Source of the DNA: Octopus bimaculoides
Taxonomy: Eukaryota
Length of the DNA: 64,000 bases
Assembly (NCBI RefSeq): GCF_001194135.2
Contig: NC_069003.1
Location: 25,565,456-25,629,455, forward strand
Reading direction: 5' to 3'
Shown piece after piece: positions 40,914 to 47,941 of the stretch. The position numbers were made by a program, and so were the translations under genes. The notes beneath the pieces were generated by a model. The model was not told where the DNA came from. It worked only from the letters and a program-made list of their open reading frames with translations, and did not search any database. The first letter of the stretch is position 1; every line of letters begins with the position of its first letter.

Positions 40914-42783
40914 GTACACATACAGGGTGCGATGGGTAGATTGTCGCCATTTTATATTTTTAATTGCGCGCATGCGCATTGTTTTTGATTTCGTCGACTA
41001 CACAGTATGGTAGGGTCAGTTGGGCACCGTCTGTGAGAAAAACAGCACCATGACGCAATTCACTCTGCCGGAAATTTGATAACGACATGCTGTACTGCTT
41101 AGCATTCGCGCCGGAAGTTCCAATACGAACATTCCAGAGTGTTTGGGTGTCAATCTGAGTGAAGAGGGTGACTGCTGGAAGACCCTATGTCTGGCAACAG
41201 GACTCTGCACCATGCCACACAAGTAGAAGGACCCAGTCATGGCTGTCAGACAATTATTGCGACCACATCACCCCTAACATCTGGCCACCTAACTCCCCAG
41301 ACTGCAACCCCCTTGATTATTATGTGTGGGGCACAGTTGAGCAAAAGATCAACAAAACTCCTTGTAACACCAAAGATGAACTGAAGGTAAGGATTATGGC
41401 AGCATTCACCAATTTAAACAAGGAGACCGTCCAGAATAGTTGCAGGAGATTCCGAAGTCAATGATGATTTTATTGAATAAATTTACTCCTTAGTATTTCA
41501 CGATATTTTTATGTAACTTTAGTAAATATATCTGTTAAAATGAGTTGTCAGTGTCATTTTCATTTTTGCGTAATTTAGACGACAGTTTATTCACCGCATC
41601 TTGTATATATATATATATATATATTTATATATTAGATATATATAGATCATTTCCATTATTTGAGTTACCATTTCAGATAATCTCCATAAGATAAAACCCC
41701 ATTTATAAAGATGTGGTGTTATGCAGAGCGAGAAAGACTAACAAGTGTTATGTGTTCTATACAGTCGTTAATTAGTTACTTCAGTCCATATAATGTTACA
41801 ACTTTCGTACCATTTCCGCTTTTCTGAAAAAAGAGCCTCTACGTGGTCGGTCAAACTGGTAGAAATAGCAACTCGATCCCTCTTAAATCACACTCAACTG
41901 CCTTAAAAGACAAATATATATTATAATAGGGACCCAGACAAACCTGAAAAGAAAAAAAAATACTAGAAATGTTTTTAATCGTAGGTCAGTTTAAGCAGGG
42001 CTGCGTCGCAGTTAAACAAATTAAACAGAAAGCTGGATCATTTAAAGCTAGATTCGGTTTCGGTTCTCATTTTAAATAGTTTAATTTATTTATATTATTA
42101 ATGCCATTGAGAAAGGAATTGCACCATGGATTCCCACTTTTTTCTTCTATTTCCTTGAAATCTCAAGTTTAGTGATTATAAATACTGTTGTTTGTTTACT
42201 TTTTCCCGCGTTATTGTTACAAATTTTGGTAGTGTGCATATATAGATACGCAAACGTGTGTGTTTGATACTATTGACTCCGAGTACAGTCATTTCCATGC
42301 AACACATAAATATTCTTTGTAAATTGAGCTTAAAAGTTTTGGCGATCTTTCGCTAATCATCATTCGGTAATTATAAGAGAGTTGACCAAGACTAGAATTC
42401 CGTGAATTAAGTTTTAACATGTGTGTACAGATATACATACATATACATGCATATACGTATATTTATAAAATATACACACGATATAAAAACAAAGTCAACA
42501 GATATATGTGACTGTTTGTATCAAAGAATATATATGTATAAAATCGGTGTATGTGTTATGTATAAAATTATATCCATGTGCATTTCAGTCTTTCTGTGAG
42601 GTCTTAAACGCTAGAATTCGGGTTTTTGTTCGGCAATTTTGAATGAAGATCGCACCAACTTTTAATATTCAATACATATGATTTTTATTAAATAAATCAA
42701 AATCGGACTTACATTTTATTGGATTCCCTAAGTTTTGGCGAAGATATTGTAGTCTTTGAGATTGATGAAGTCCTAGAAGGCAT
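291..42783 (-). CDS. DNMT1: DNA (cytosine-5)-methyltransferase 1, N-terminal ~1058 aa in 27 coding exons; gene continues past the left edge (catalytic domain outside window)
   Basis: Manually spliced exons, all GT..AG with continuous phase (3174 nt). Recognisable DNMT1 motifs: [11 protein letters not shown] box; RFTS ([46 protein letters not shown]); CXXC ([34 protein letters not shown]); BAH1/BAH2 ([20 protein letters not shown]). Confidence 0.97.
440..1018. mobile_element. TTAA piggyBac-like MITE remnant split by a SINE insertion (545-941)
   Basis: MITE internal sequence at 440-540 resumes at 942-1018 and ends AAACGCTAAAGGG-TTAA. Confidence 0.6.
545..941 (-). mobile_element. tRNA-derived SINE family B, near full length
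   Basis: Minus-strand head AGGCGCAGGAGTGGCTGTGTGGTAAG..GGTTC..GTCCC (A/B box-like), internal (TA/CA)n, tail ending TGACTGAAACAAGTAAAAGAGTA; multiple copies in window. Confidence 0.8.
1930..2430 (+). mobile_element. RTE-clade LINE 3' fragment (ORF C-terminus plus 3' UTR)
   Basis: Remnant peptide [12 protein letters not shown]...[16 protein letters not shown] followed by the common 3' tail and (GAT)n. Confidence 0.8.
2568..2641 (-). CDS. DNMT1: DNMT1 exon 26 ([25 protein letters not shown]), 74 nt
   Basis: CAG/GTAGGT borders; RPENTHK..ADxNxLYWS motif. Confidence 0.96.
2785..3013. mobile_element. TTAA-flanked piggyBac-like MITE (~225 bp), copy 1
   Basis: TTAA-CCCTTTAGTGTT ... AACACTAAAGGG-TTAA. 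Confidence 0.8.
3517..3698 (-). CDS. DNMT1: DNMT1 exon 25 ([21 protein letters not shown]...INKFY), 182 nt
   Basis: CAG/GTAAGA borders; [12 protein letters not shown] motif. Confidence 0.96.
4639..4827 (-). CDS. DNMT1: DNMT1 exon 24 ([11 protein letters not shown]...KTEKRE), BAH2 start, 189 nt
   Basis: CAG/GTAAGT borders; matches ORF 4627-4905. Confidence 0.93.
4981..5092 (-). CDS. DNMT1: DNMT1 exon 23 ([11 protein letters not shown]...[13 protein letters not shown]), 112 nt
   Basis: CAG/GTACGT borders; WYD..ARFE and FCxSC motifs. Confidence 0.94.
6164..6390. mobile_element. TTAA piggyBac-like MITE, copy 2 (opposite orientation)
   Basis: TTAA-CCCTTTAGCATT ... AATGCTAAGGGG-TTAA; internal sequence is the reverse complement of copy 1. 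Confidence 0.8.
7191..7294 (-). CDS. DNMT1: DNMT1 exon 22 ([15 protein letters not shown]...KTFYYQK), 104 nt
   Basis: CAG/GTGAGT borders; NWAMxGG motif. Confidence 0.94.
8385..8490 (-). CDS. DNMT1: DNMT1 exon 21 ([25 protein letters not shown]...SKVN), 106 nt
   Basis: TAG/GTGAGT borders; DTxLGxxxDPxELFLVDxCED motif. Confidence 0.95.
10062..10186 (-). CDS. DNMT1: DNMT1 exon 20 ([11 protein letters not shown]...KFHALWF), BAH1, 125 nt
   Basis: CAG/GTAATA borders; VGDCV and FHAxWF motifs. Confidence 0.95.
10390..11340. repeat. Compound (GT)n-based minisatellite filling DNMT1 intron 19, with gap 10628-10892
   Basis: Recurrent GTGTGTATGGTGAGGAT/GAAGAGT units grading into GCAT-rich variants; source of the His/Thr and Val/Cys pseudo-ORFs. 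Confidence 0.9.
11423..11506 (-). CDS. DNMT1: DNMT1 exon 19 ([12 protein letters not shown]...NINGKE), BAH1 start, 84 nt
   Basis: TAG/GTGAGT borders; WVGE motif. Confidence 0.92.
12159..12212 (-). CDS. DNMT1: DNMT1 exon 18 ([18 protein letters not shown]), 54 nt
   Basis: CAG/GTAAGT borders, phase 0->0, linker of the expected length; sequence poorly conserved. Confidence 0.75.
13251..13323 (-). CDS. DNMT1: DNMT1 exon 17 ([24 protein letters not shown]), acidic autoinhibitory linker, 73 nt
   Basis: AAG/GTATTT borders; CPNxAxxEADxDE motif. Confidence 0.93.
13395..14070 (-). mobile_element. Cluster of three tRNA-derived SINE family C copies separated by (AAC/AGC)n
   Basis: Recurrent unit ..GGCACAAGGCC..AACTGGTACTTATTTTAT..GGATGAAAGGCAAAGTC..GAATTTGAACTCAGAAC..TTCTGCCAG. 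Further copies near 17340-17790, 20430-20650, 29300-29440, 29768-29950, 30790-31000, 34305-34500, 34735-34870, 40090-40300, 61620-61960. Confidence 0.7.
14329..14742. repeat. Long imperfect foldback, ~200 bp arms, 12-nt loop (14529-14540), DNMT1 intron 16
   Basis: Right arm reverse-complemented aligns colinearly with the left arm (about 80 percent by eye); mismatches are mostly transitions. Confidence 0.9.
14987..15084 (-). CDS. DNMT1: DNMT1 exon 16, CXXC zinc finger ([32 protein letters not shown]), 98 nt
   Basis: CAG/GTATGT borders; canonical CXXC with KFGG motif. Confidence 0.96.
16160..16590 (-). mobile_element. RTE-clade LINE 3' fragment, 56 bp from the DNMT1 exon 15 donor
   Basis: Minus peptide [45 protein letters not shown] continuous with the 3' tail. 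Confidence 0.75.
16646..16814 (-). CDS. DNMT1: DNMT1 exon 15 (RRALRKQ...RRKRCGICE), 169 nt
   Basis: CAG/GTAAGT borders; start of CXXC. Confidence 0.95.
18037..18329. repeat. Long foldback, ~127 bp arms, 37-nt spacer, DNMT1 intron 14
   Basis: 18037-18163 vs reverse complement of 18201-18329, over 90 percent identical by eye. Confidence 0.92.
18539..18642 (-). CDS. DNMT1: DNMT1 exon 14 ([34 protein letters not shown]), 104 nt
   Basis: TAG/GTACTT borders; PCMRxLIKLxGVTLG motif. Confidence 0.95.
19540..19620 (-). CDS. DNMT1: DNMT1 exon 13 ([27 protein letters not shown]), 81 nt
   Basis: CAG/GTAAGT borders; [12 protein letters not shown] motif; not in the ORF track. Confidence 0.95.
19845..20430. 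mobile_element. Helentron-like non-autonomous element (HINE/DINE-1-like architecture)
   Basis: 5' subterminal ACCTCTGCC (19869-19877) recurs in a perfect 13-bp 3' stem-loop TTACCTCTGCCTT-CCCT-AAGGCAGAGGTAA (20398-20427); sits in an (AAT)n context. Confidence 0.6.
20704..20855 (-). CDS. DNMT1: DNMT1 exon 12 ([11 protein letters not shown]...[10 protein letters not shown]), 152 nt
   Basis: TAG/GTCAGT borders; RFTS conserved. Confidence 0.95.
21466..21723. repeat. Long foldback palindrome; core arms 21482-21563 and 21629-21710 (82 bp, 1 mismatch)
   Basis: Arms compared base by base; imperfect pairing continues inward to a ~10 nt loop and outward to 21466/21723. Confidence 0.93.
21764..21891 (-). 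ncRNA. Type I hammerhead ribozyme motif (minimal stem III), DNMT1 intron 11, sense to DNMT1
   Basis: Minus strand reads AUUUCC-CUGAAGA-GAAGAUUACA-(39 nt)-UGUAAUCUUC-GAAAC-AUAU-GUU^GGAAAU. Full catalytic core, 10-bp perfect stem II closed by G-C, 6-bp stem I extended by AUGC/GUAU and GGUUAAGCUG/CAGUUAACC. Confidence 0.82.
22316..22408 (-). CDS. DNMT1: DNMT1 exon 11 ([31 protein letters not shown]), 93 nt
   Basis: CAG/GTAATA borders; GPINEWW..GFDGGE motif. Confidence 0.95.
22783..23505 (+). mobile_element. Diverged SINE family B copy hosting a nested SINE
   Basis: B head at 22783; body interrupted at 23022 and resumed at 23396. Confidence 0.65.
23023..23395 (-). mobile_element. tRNA-derived SINE family D, nested, with 12-bp TSD
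   Basis: TSD AGACTAAGTAGT at 23011-23022 and 23396-23407; minus-strand head TGGCGCAGTGG...GGTTTCGATTCC; (CAA)n-like tail; 3' part also present at 1-203. Confidence 0.8.
23940..24058 (-). CDS. DNMT1: DNMT1 exon 10 ([39 protein letters not shown]), 119 nt
   Basis: CAG/GTATGG borders; strongly conserved RFTS sequence. Confidence 0.95.
24278..24642 (+). mobile_element. Young RTE 3' UTR copy ending in (GAT)n
   Basis: ..AAAAGCACCCACTACACTCTCGGAGTGGTTGGCGTTAGGAAGGGCATCCAGCTGTAGAAAC..GGAAAGCGGACGTTAAAC. Near-identical copies at ~7940-8190(-), 18990-19322(+), 25581-25937(-), 34515-34710(+), 38745-38970(+), 55790-55955(-), 57150-57300(-); older copies throughout. Confidence 0.8.
25581..25937 (-). mobile_element. 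Young RTE 3' UTR copy, inverted relative to 24278-24642 in the same intron
   Basis: Reverse complement aligns to 24290-24640 over ~350 bp. Confidence 0.8.
25992..26101 (-). CDS. DNMT1: DNMT1 exon 9 ([15 protein letters not shown]...RPQHKLSNF), 110 nt
   Basis: AAG/GTTTGT borders; RFTS PQHK motif. Confidence 0.92.
26193..26699. mobile_element. Non-autonomous Tc1/mariner-like element
   Basis: TA-flanked TIRs CAGGGTGTCCCAGAATTAACTA..TTTCAATGAAATTGG / CCAATTTCACTGAAATGGCTAGTTAATTCTGAGACGCCCTA. Confidence 0.75.
26984..27098 (-). CDS. DNMT1: DNMT1 exon 8 ([24 protein letters not shown]), RFTS start, 115 nt
   Basis: AAG/GTAAGT borders, phase 2->0; RFTS CxxC motif. Confidence 0.92.
27858..27983 (-). 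CDS. DNMT1: DNMT1 exon 7 ([12 protein letters not shown]...EASSV), 126 nt
   Basis: CAG/GTAAGG borders, phase 2->2; basic/acidic NLS-like region. Confidence 0.85.
28137..28533 (+). mobile_element. tRNA-derived SINE family B
   Basis: Same head/body/tail as 545-941 in forward orientation. Confidence 0.8.
28850..28937 (-). CDS. DNMT1: DNMT1 exon 6 with PCNA-interacting PIP box ([13 protein letters not shown]), 88 nt
   Basis: CAG/GTAAGT borders, phase 1->2; QxxIxxxF matches the DNMT1 QTTITSHF PIP box. Confidence 0.9.
29054..29267. mobile_element. TTAA piggyBac-like MITE, copy 3
   Basis: ATAA-CCCTTTAG ... AAGGG-TTAA; same internal sequence. Confidence 0.7.
31207..31288 (-). CDS. DNMT1: DNMT1 exon 5 (NGHSTEDG...NDKNP), 82 nt
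   Basis: TTTCAG acceptor, GTAAGT donor, phase 0->1 bridges exons 4 and 6. Confidence 0.8.
31439..31632. repeat. 26-bp tandem minisatellite (7 units plus a partial) inside an RTE 3' UTR copy
   Basis: Consensus about CGTCACTGGCATGGGTGCCTTGTACA; units are contiguous, with no spacers. Confidence 0.85.
31909..32295 (-). CDS. DNMT1: DNMT1 exon 4 ([15 protein letters not shown]...NGLNFT), 387 nt
   Basis: CAG acceptor after a pyrimidine tract, GTAAGT donor; open frame matches ORF 31876-32523. Confidence 0.85.
35840..35947 (-). CDS. DNMT1: DNMT1 exon 3 ([10 protein letters not shown]...GEELLTI), 108 nt, DMAP1-binding region
   Basis: CAG acceptor, GTAAGT donor, phase 0->0. Confidence 0.87.
37755..37982. 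mobile_element. pogo/Tigger-like MITE
   Basis: TA-CAGTAATCCCT ... AGGGATTACTG-TA (perfect 11-bp TIR, TA TSD). Confidence 0.8.
38011..38059 (-). CDS. DNMT1: DNMT1 exon 2 ([16 protein letters not shown]), 49 nt
   Basis: TAG acceptor, GTGAGA donor, phase 2->0; DMAP1-binding region similarity. Confidence 0.8.
39099..39734 (+). mobile_element. Deleted mariner-type element remnant
   Basis: TIR-like TTAGGTCGAATCAAAAGTT / AACTTTTGACTCAACCCAG-TA. Remnant peptides [21 protein letters not shown] (N-terminal HTH) and [18 protein letters not shown] (YSPDL motif). Confidence 0.8.
40921..41605 (+). mobile_element. Internally deleted Tc1/mariner element, DD37D (maT)-type transposase C-terminal remnant
   Basis: TA-flanked imperfect TIRs CAGGGTGCGATGGGTAGATTGTCG / CGACAGTTTATTCACCGCATCTTG. 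ORF 41159-41464 has WQQDSAPCH...[13 protein letters not shown] with 37 residues between the 2nd and 3rd Asp. Confidence 0.88.
42713..42783 (-). CDS. DNMT1: DNMT1 exon 1 ([23 protein letters not shown]), 71 nt
   Basis: ATG at 42783, GTAAGT donor, phase 2 matches exon 2; MPSRT resembles the vertebrate MPART start. Confidence 0.8.
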
Positions 42784-43070
42784 TCTGGTGTTTTGTTTTA
42801 GATCGTGAAAGGTGGTGGTGGTTTTAAAAACAGCTTAGTGCCCCCCACAAAAGAAAGCGGACTGTGAAAGAGGGAGATGTCGGAGGCAACGATTAGTGGT
42901 CGGCGAGGGAGAAAAGAAAAAAAGTTTCCAGAAACACACCACAAAGAATAAAAAGACGCGCACACATACGATATATATATATACACAATCAAATAATAAC
43001 AAAAACAAAAACGAGAAGTTTACTTAAACTTCTGAAATTAATCAGAAGAAAATAAATAACATTGTCCTCA

Positions 43071-43883
43071 NNNNNNNNNNNNNNNNNNNNNNNNNNNNNN
43101 NNNNNNNNNNNNNNNNNNNNNNNNNNNNNNNNNNNNNNNNNNNNNNNNNNNNNNNNNNNNNNNNNNNNNNNNNNNNNNNNNNNNNNNNNNNNNNNNNNNN
43201 NNNNNNNNNNNNNNNNNNNNNNNNNNNNNNNNNNNNNNNNNNNNNNNNNNNNNNNNNNNNNNNNNNNNNNNNNNNNNNNNNNNNNNNNNNNNNNNNNNNN
43301 NNNNNNNNNNNNNNNNNNNNNNNNNNNNNNNNNNNNNNNNNNNNNNNNNNNNNNNNNNNNNNNNNNNNNNNNNNNNNNNNNNNNNNNNNNNNNNNNNNNN
43401 NNNNNNNNNNNNNNNNNNNNNNNNNNNNNNNNNNNNNNNNNNNNNNNNNNNNNNNNNNNNNNNNNNNNNNNNNNNNNNNNNNNNNNNNNNNNNNNNNNNN
43501 NNNNNNNNNNNNNNNNNNNNNNNNNNNNNNNNNNNNNNNNNNNNNNNNNNNNNNNNNNNNNNNNNNNNNNNNNNNNNNNNNNNNNNNNNNNNNNNNNNNN
43601 NNNNNNNNNNNNNNNNNNNNNNNNNNNNNNNNNNNNNNNNNNNNNNNNNNNNNNNNNNNNNNNNNNNNNNNNNNNNNNNNNNNNNNNNNNNNNNNNNNNN
43701 NNNNNNNNNNNNNNNNNNNNNNNNNNNNNNNNNNNNNNNNNNNNNNNNNNNNNNNNNNNNNNNNNNNNNNNNNNNNNNNNNNNNNNNNNNNNNNNNNNNN
43801 NNNNNNNNNNNNNNNNNNNNNNNNNNNNNNNNNNNNNNNNNNNNNNNNNNNNNNNNNNNNNNNNNNNNNNNNNNNNNNNNNNN
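43071..43883. other. Assembly gap upstream of DNMT1 exon 1. Other large gaps: 10628-10892, 11617-12052, 24961-25127, 50852-51075, 55956-56390
   Basis: Runs of N, mostly flanked by microsatellites. Confidence 1.
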
Positions 43884-43920
43884 AAATATATATATATATA
43901 TATATAGATATATATATATA

Positions 43921-44089
43921 TATTAAAATTGAGGAAGACCGGTTTATGGGATTAACTTAGGTTTCCCGCCCACAAAGGGTTTAGCTATGACGTATCGTCA
44001 GATCCCAAAAACCTGTTGGTCCATAACCTCTTAAAAATGGACGGGAAACCTAAGGTAATCCCATAAACCGGCCTTCCCCAATTTTAATA
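43921..44089. mobile_element. Short MITE-like hairpin with 48-bp terminal inverted repeats in TA context, ~1.1 kb upstream of the DNMT1 ATG
   Basis: 43921-43968 vs 44042-44089 inverted, 3 mismatches; flanked by TA dinucleotides. Confidence 0.8.
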
Positions 44090-45359
44090 TATAGGGGAAA
44101 CCGGGGCAAGATGGTCCACTGGGGTAAAACGGACCAGCTCCATTTTAGACATCTAAATGGGACTTAACAGTCGTGAACGTTTCCTAATTCAAACTTACTT
44201 CCCTTCGATATCACGTCCCCAAGAGTTTCATTTTGAAGATTCAATAAACAGTTACCAGGGTAGCAAAATTAAGACCCGTTGAGACCCTAAGCACTTAAAA
44301 GATTTTGGTGCCCCCATGAAAGATTATGTAATTCAAAATATAAACAATAACAAACCATAAAATAAATTTTTACTTTTCAAAACAAAACGGTAAGATGGAA
44401 AATAATGTTTATTTTTGTATACTTCCACTTTATTTATATTTGAAAAGTTACCTCCTACTTTTTTGAAATGCTAAGTCTTTGATCAGATCCTCAAAATTAA
44501 TTTTAGGTAACACATTTGCATCTATACTTAGTAGAGATAACGGCATCCCAAATATTATTTTAGCAAGTTTAAAATGATTTCTTTCGTGCCGTAAACCATT
44601 TACCATTTCTGTGGTGCCCCCTCCTTCCCTTGATGCCCTAAGTACATATTTCTTTTGCTTAATGGTTAATCCAACGCTGATTGTGATGTTGGAAATCTTT
44701 CCATATCATCAGCAGGTATCTCAGGGTCACAAGCATTTTGCTCCTTAACCTGTATGCTTCACCTGAGTGAGGCAGCAAGGACTGAGCTAGTTTTCACCTA
44801 CTGAAGGATTCCACTTTTGGTGTCTTTTCAACCATATCCAACTGGAGATGGTTTCAACTGCTGTGCCTATTTCCTTGGTAGCTTTCTTTAGTTTGCCTGG
44901 GTTCTAGACCTATCTTCTGCAGGAAATTTCTACATTGTCAAATAAATCCTCAGCCAATTGTTCTAACTTCTTTGGCCTTTTTTAAGCATTCATTGATCAA
45001 AGCTGATTAGAAAGAAAAATTCGTTTTAGCTTGACCTTATTTAGCTACATAGAATATAAATACGAAAAGCTAAATCGTTTTCTCCCTCTTTGGATCAACC
45101 TGCCTCATGGTCAAAGAGGAACTCTTTCAGTATGCTGATAAACATAGAATAGATTTATTATCCTTTCCATCTACCTACATTCCTCTTACTCCATCTTTTT
45201 CTAGTAGTCACTGAGATGAAACTAACTTCTAACTATTATGCAAAATGAACTGGAGATCTACAAATAACTTGTATACAGAAGCAACTATAAAAAGTTATTT
45301 TCTATTTTATAACAACTTACATAATAATCATCTTAAATGGCCATCTTTATAATCAATGA

Positions 45360-46125
45360 ATAATGTCATTCTTTAATCATATCACTGACTCCTTTACCTG
45401 CACTTCTAGCAACATCATCTCCTGCTCTTTTTGCCCTTCTCTGTACATTGGTCAAACAGGACGCTGCTTGGCTGACCAGTTTGCAGAGCACCTCAGAGAC
45501 ATTAGGCTCAGCAATGAGACCTCAATCTTGCACCATGTCCGCTTTACCAGTCATTTGTTACAACTGTCTGTGTTTGGATTGTCTTTGCATAGGGGCTATC
45601 CGGACTCCTGCCTTCATCATGAAGAGGAATTAACCTTCTCTCTTTGCTCCTTTGCACCATATGGGCTCAACTCCCTTCCCCTCTTCATCTCTTTATTCCT
45701 ACCCACCTCTCCTCTCTTGCTCTGACACTTACTTCCTCTCTTTACCCCTACCCACCTTCTCTCTTCGTTGATACCCCTTCCATCCACCCCAACCCACCCT
45801 CACATCCCTACACACACTAACCACTTCCCAGCACCCACACCACACACACCATCATCTGCACACCCACACATTACAAATGCATACACTTACACATACACAC
45901 ATCCACATGTCAAAGTCACTAGCCCCTATCCACACACACACACTCACCTACATACACGCATGTGCACCGGTGTTCGGATCATCAGTGCTTTATTATCTCC
46001 CCTTCTTCTTAGCCCTCCTGTCAAACTACCTTTTCCCAACTAGTCACTATGATTGATCACTAAATCGGCAAGGTTTTTAAAAATCTCTCTCTGTTTATTT
46101 CCTCATGTTACTTTCTGTTGGAGTG
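45360..46125 (+). mobile_element. Penelope-like element remnant with degenerate GIY-YIG endonuclease
   Basis: ORF 45363-45725 FTCTSSNIISCSFCPSLYIGQTGRCLADQFAEHLRDI matches the PLE GIY-YIG consensus; first motif partly deleted and conserved Arg replaced by Gln. Confidence 0.78.
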
Positions 46126-46439
46126 ATGTCAAGCAGTTAAAATAATCAAGTTTTGATTTTTGAAAGTCTTTGGCCAAGTAGTTAGAGCTAATACAATTCT
46201 TGGAGTAGATAGTGTTGTGTTCTTGAGAAAATATTTCATTTTACATGGCTCTGTTCTAATCAGCTGTAAATAAGTGCTAGCAAAATGCTGGTGCAGCTCT
46301 CTCTCTCTCTCCATTTGTCACAACTTGGAAGTTCTACTGGCTGAGAGAGTGTCATGATTGTGAGCCCAGCACTCTAACCACTGAGCCATGTGCCTTCACT
46401 AAATTAAAATATATATAGTTACTCTTTCTTTATGATATT

Positions 46440-46870
46440 GGGAATAGTTCACTTTGATCACCTTGTCAGTCTGGACAGGCATGTCATACTTGTATCAATT
46501 AGTTTCCTCATTCAATTGTGGGTCTTTCACTTAATAGATGTGGCTGCCAACTCAGTCATATCTGTAGACTGTCTTTGTAAAATTACATAGTCTCAAGTTG
46601 ATATTACTTAACGACAACAGTATGGACCTTGAACCTTTCTTAGGCTTCTGATTTTGGTGGAAGTTGGGAGTTACCCCCAGACCAGAGACATATTCCAAAT
46701 ATTTGCCACAATTGGTATTAATTAACTTCTTATGTTGAGACCCCTTATGTGGTTAAACATTGATCTTATACAATTAAAACCAAACCTTCTGTTACTAATT
46801 TTACACCAGAGATTTTCAGCCATTGTTGGTTTCCATGCTGACTTATTTTCTGTCAAGTTTTGCAGGGTTT
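46440..46870 (-). mobile_element. R4/Dong-like (restriction-like endonuclease) non-LTR retrotransposon remnant
   Basis: Minus peptides WLKISGVKLVTEGLVLIV*DQCLTT and DMPVQTDKVIK resemble R4/Dong C-terminal motifs. Similar terminal fragments (IPVVIDALG-like) near 14090-14220 and 17812-17950 on plus. Confidence 0.55.
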
Positions 46871-47459
46871 TCTGTATTTTCTGAGTTACATTTTCATTTT
46901 ATTCGTTTTAAGCTGTTCTGTTGTTTTAATCCGATCAAAACCGTTTCTCATGTCTTTTCCTTTTTGTAGTCATACACATTAGCATGTGGTTTGAAGACAG
47001 ATACTGGTACATCTCTGACTAAGGAAACTCTTACAAAATTCTACAACTTATAGACATATATAATACTTTTTCATTCAACATAGGCTCGTTCTCATGGGGT
47101 CAGATACTGCTATCTATGATATAGCTGATAATCTGTTGTATTACCAATTGTGGCCGACAGTCTGCAAAGATGAACCATCATCGCTGTAAAAGATACAAAT
47201 CACTCATTGGTTTGTTAAAGGTAAAGGGAGATAAATCGGTTGTCGTAAACAGCAGTGGGCTGGATATCACCTTGTAACAGGTTTCAGAACTTCTGTCCTG
47301 AGAGTCTGGTGGGGCCTTAAACCATAAAGTAGCTTGTATGTAGGCTTTGCTGTTAGAAAAGACATTGTAAAAATATTTTCAGAAGAAAATCAAAACGGAT
47401 GAATGAGATTAATTGGTCGACCCATTCTTTTTGTTGCAATATTCTTCATATTTCTACAG

Positions 47460-47941
47460 CAGTGGTTCTTAATCTTTTTCAACACCCTTTTAAAGTAGTT
47501 GTTATGCTTAGCATCCACCTAAGTGAGAAGTGAGGTATCATAACTAAACCAACTTAACATGGATGATTATTTATAAATCTTACTCTAAAAATGGATTGTA
47601 TAAGCTTTTAACAGAGAAAAGATTAAAAAATTAATAAAGACAAAAATTTACTTTATACATTGCAAGTTAACGACTTCTCTGTGCCTGATGAGATCTAGCA
47701 AAATTTTCTATATGAAGTTGAGCAACTGCATAGATTCTACAGAGTTGATCAACCTGCTAGAAATAGCAGTACATTACTTACCTTTCATTTTACCTTAATA
47801 ACAATTACTAGTTTTATCATGTATAATTACTACTACAGGTAAAATTTAGTTATGTTACCTCACCAACTCCTAAAGCCTAATGCCTCCCTCAATATGCCCA
47901 ACACCCCTTAGGGGTGGTAGAGGCCATGTTGAGAACCTCTG
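47460..47941. mobile_element. hAT (Charlie-type) MITE
   Basis: Ends CAGTGGTTCTTAA ... TTGAGAACCTCTG; 8-bp TSD TTCTACAG / CTCTACAG. Confidence 0.72.

Noticed and set aside
43062-43907. ORF-track entries spanning N gaps (also 11463-12179, 24879-25262, 50578-51285, 55801-56528)
   Set aside because: Artefacts of reading through undetermined bases.
44700-45010. Minus-strand stretch giving protein-like peptides (KKLEQLAEDLFDNVE, KATKEIGTAVE)
   Set aside because: Multiple stops, no recognisable family and no supporting splice structure; needs tBLASTx to call as a pseudogene.
47680-47740. CTGATGA followed by GATCTA...TAGATTC, a possible second hammerhead on plus
   Set aside because: The GAAA half of the core is missing after the stem.
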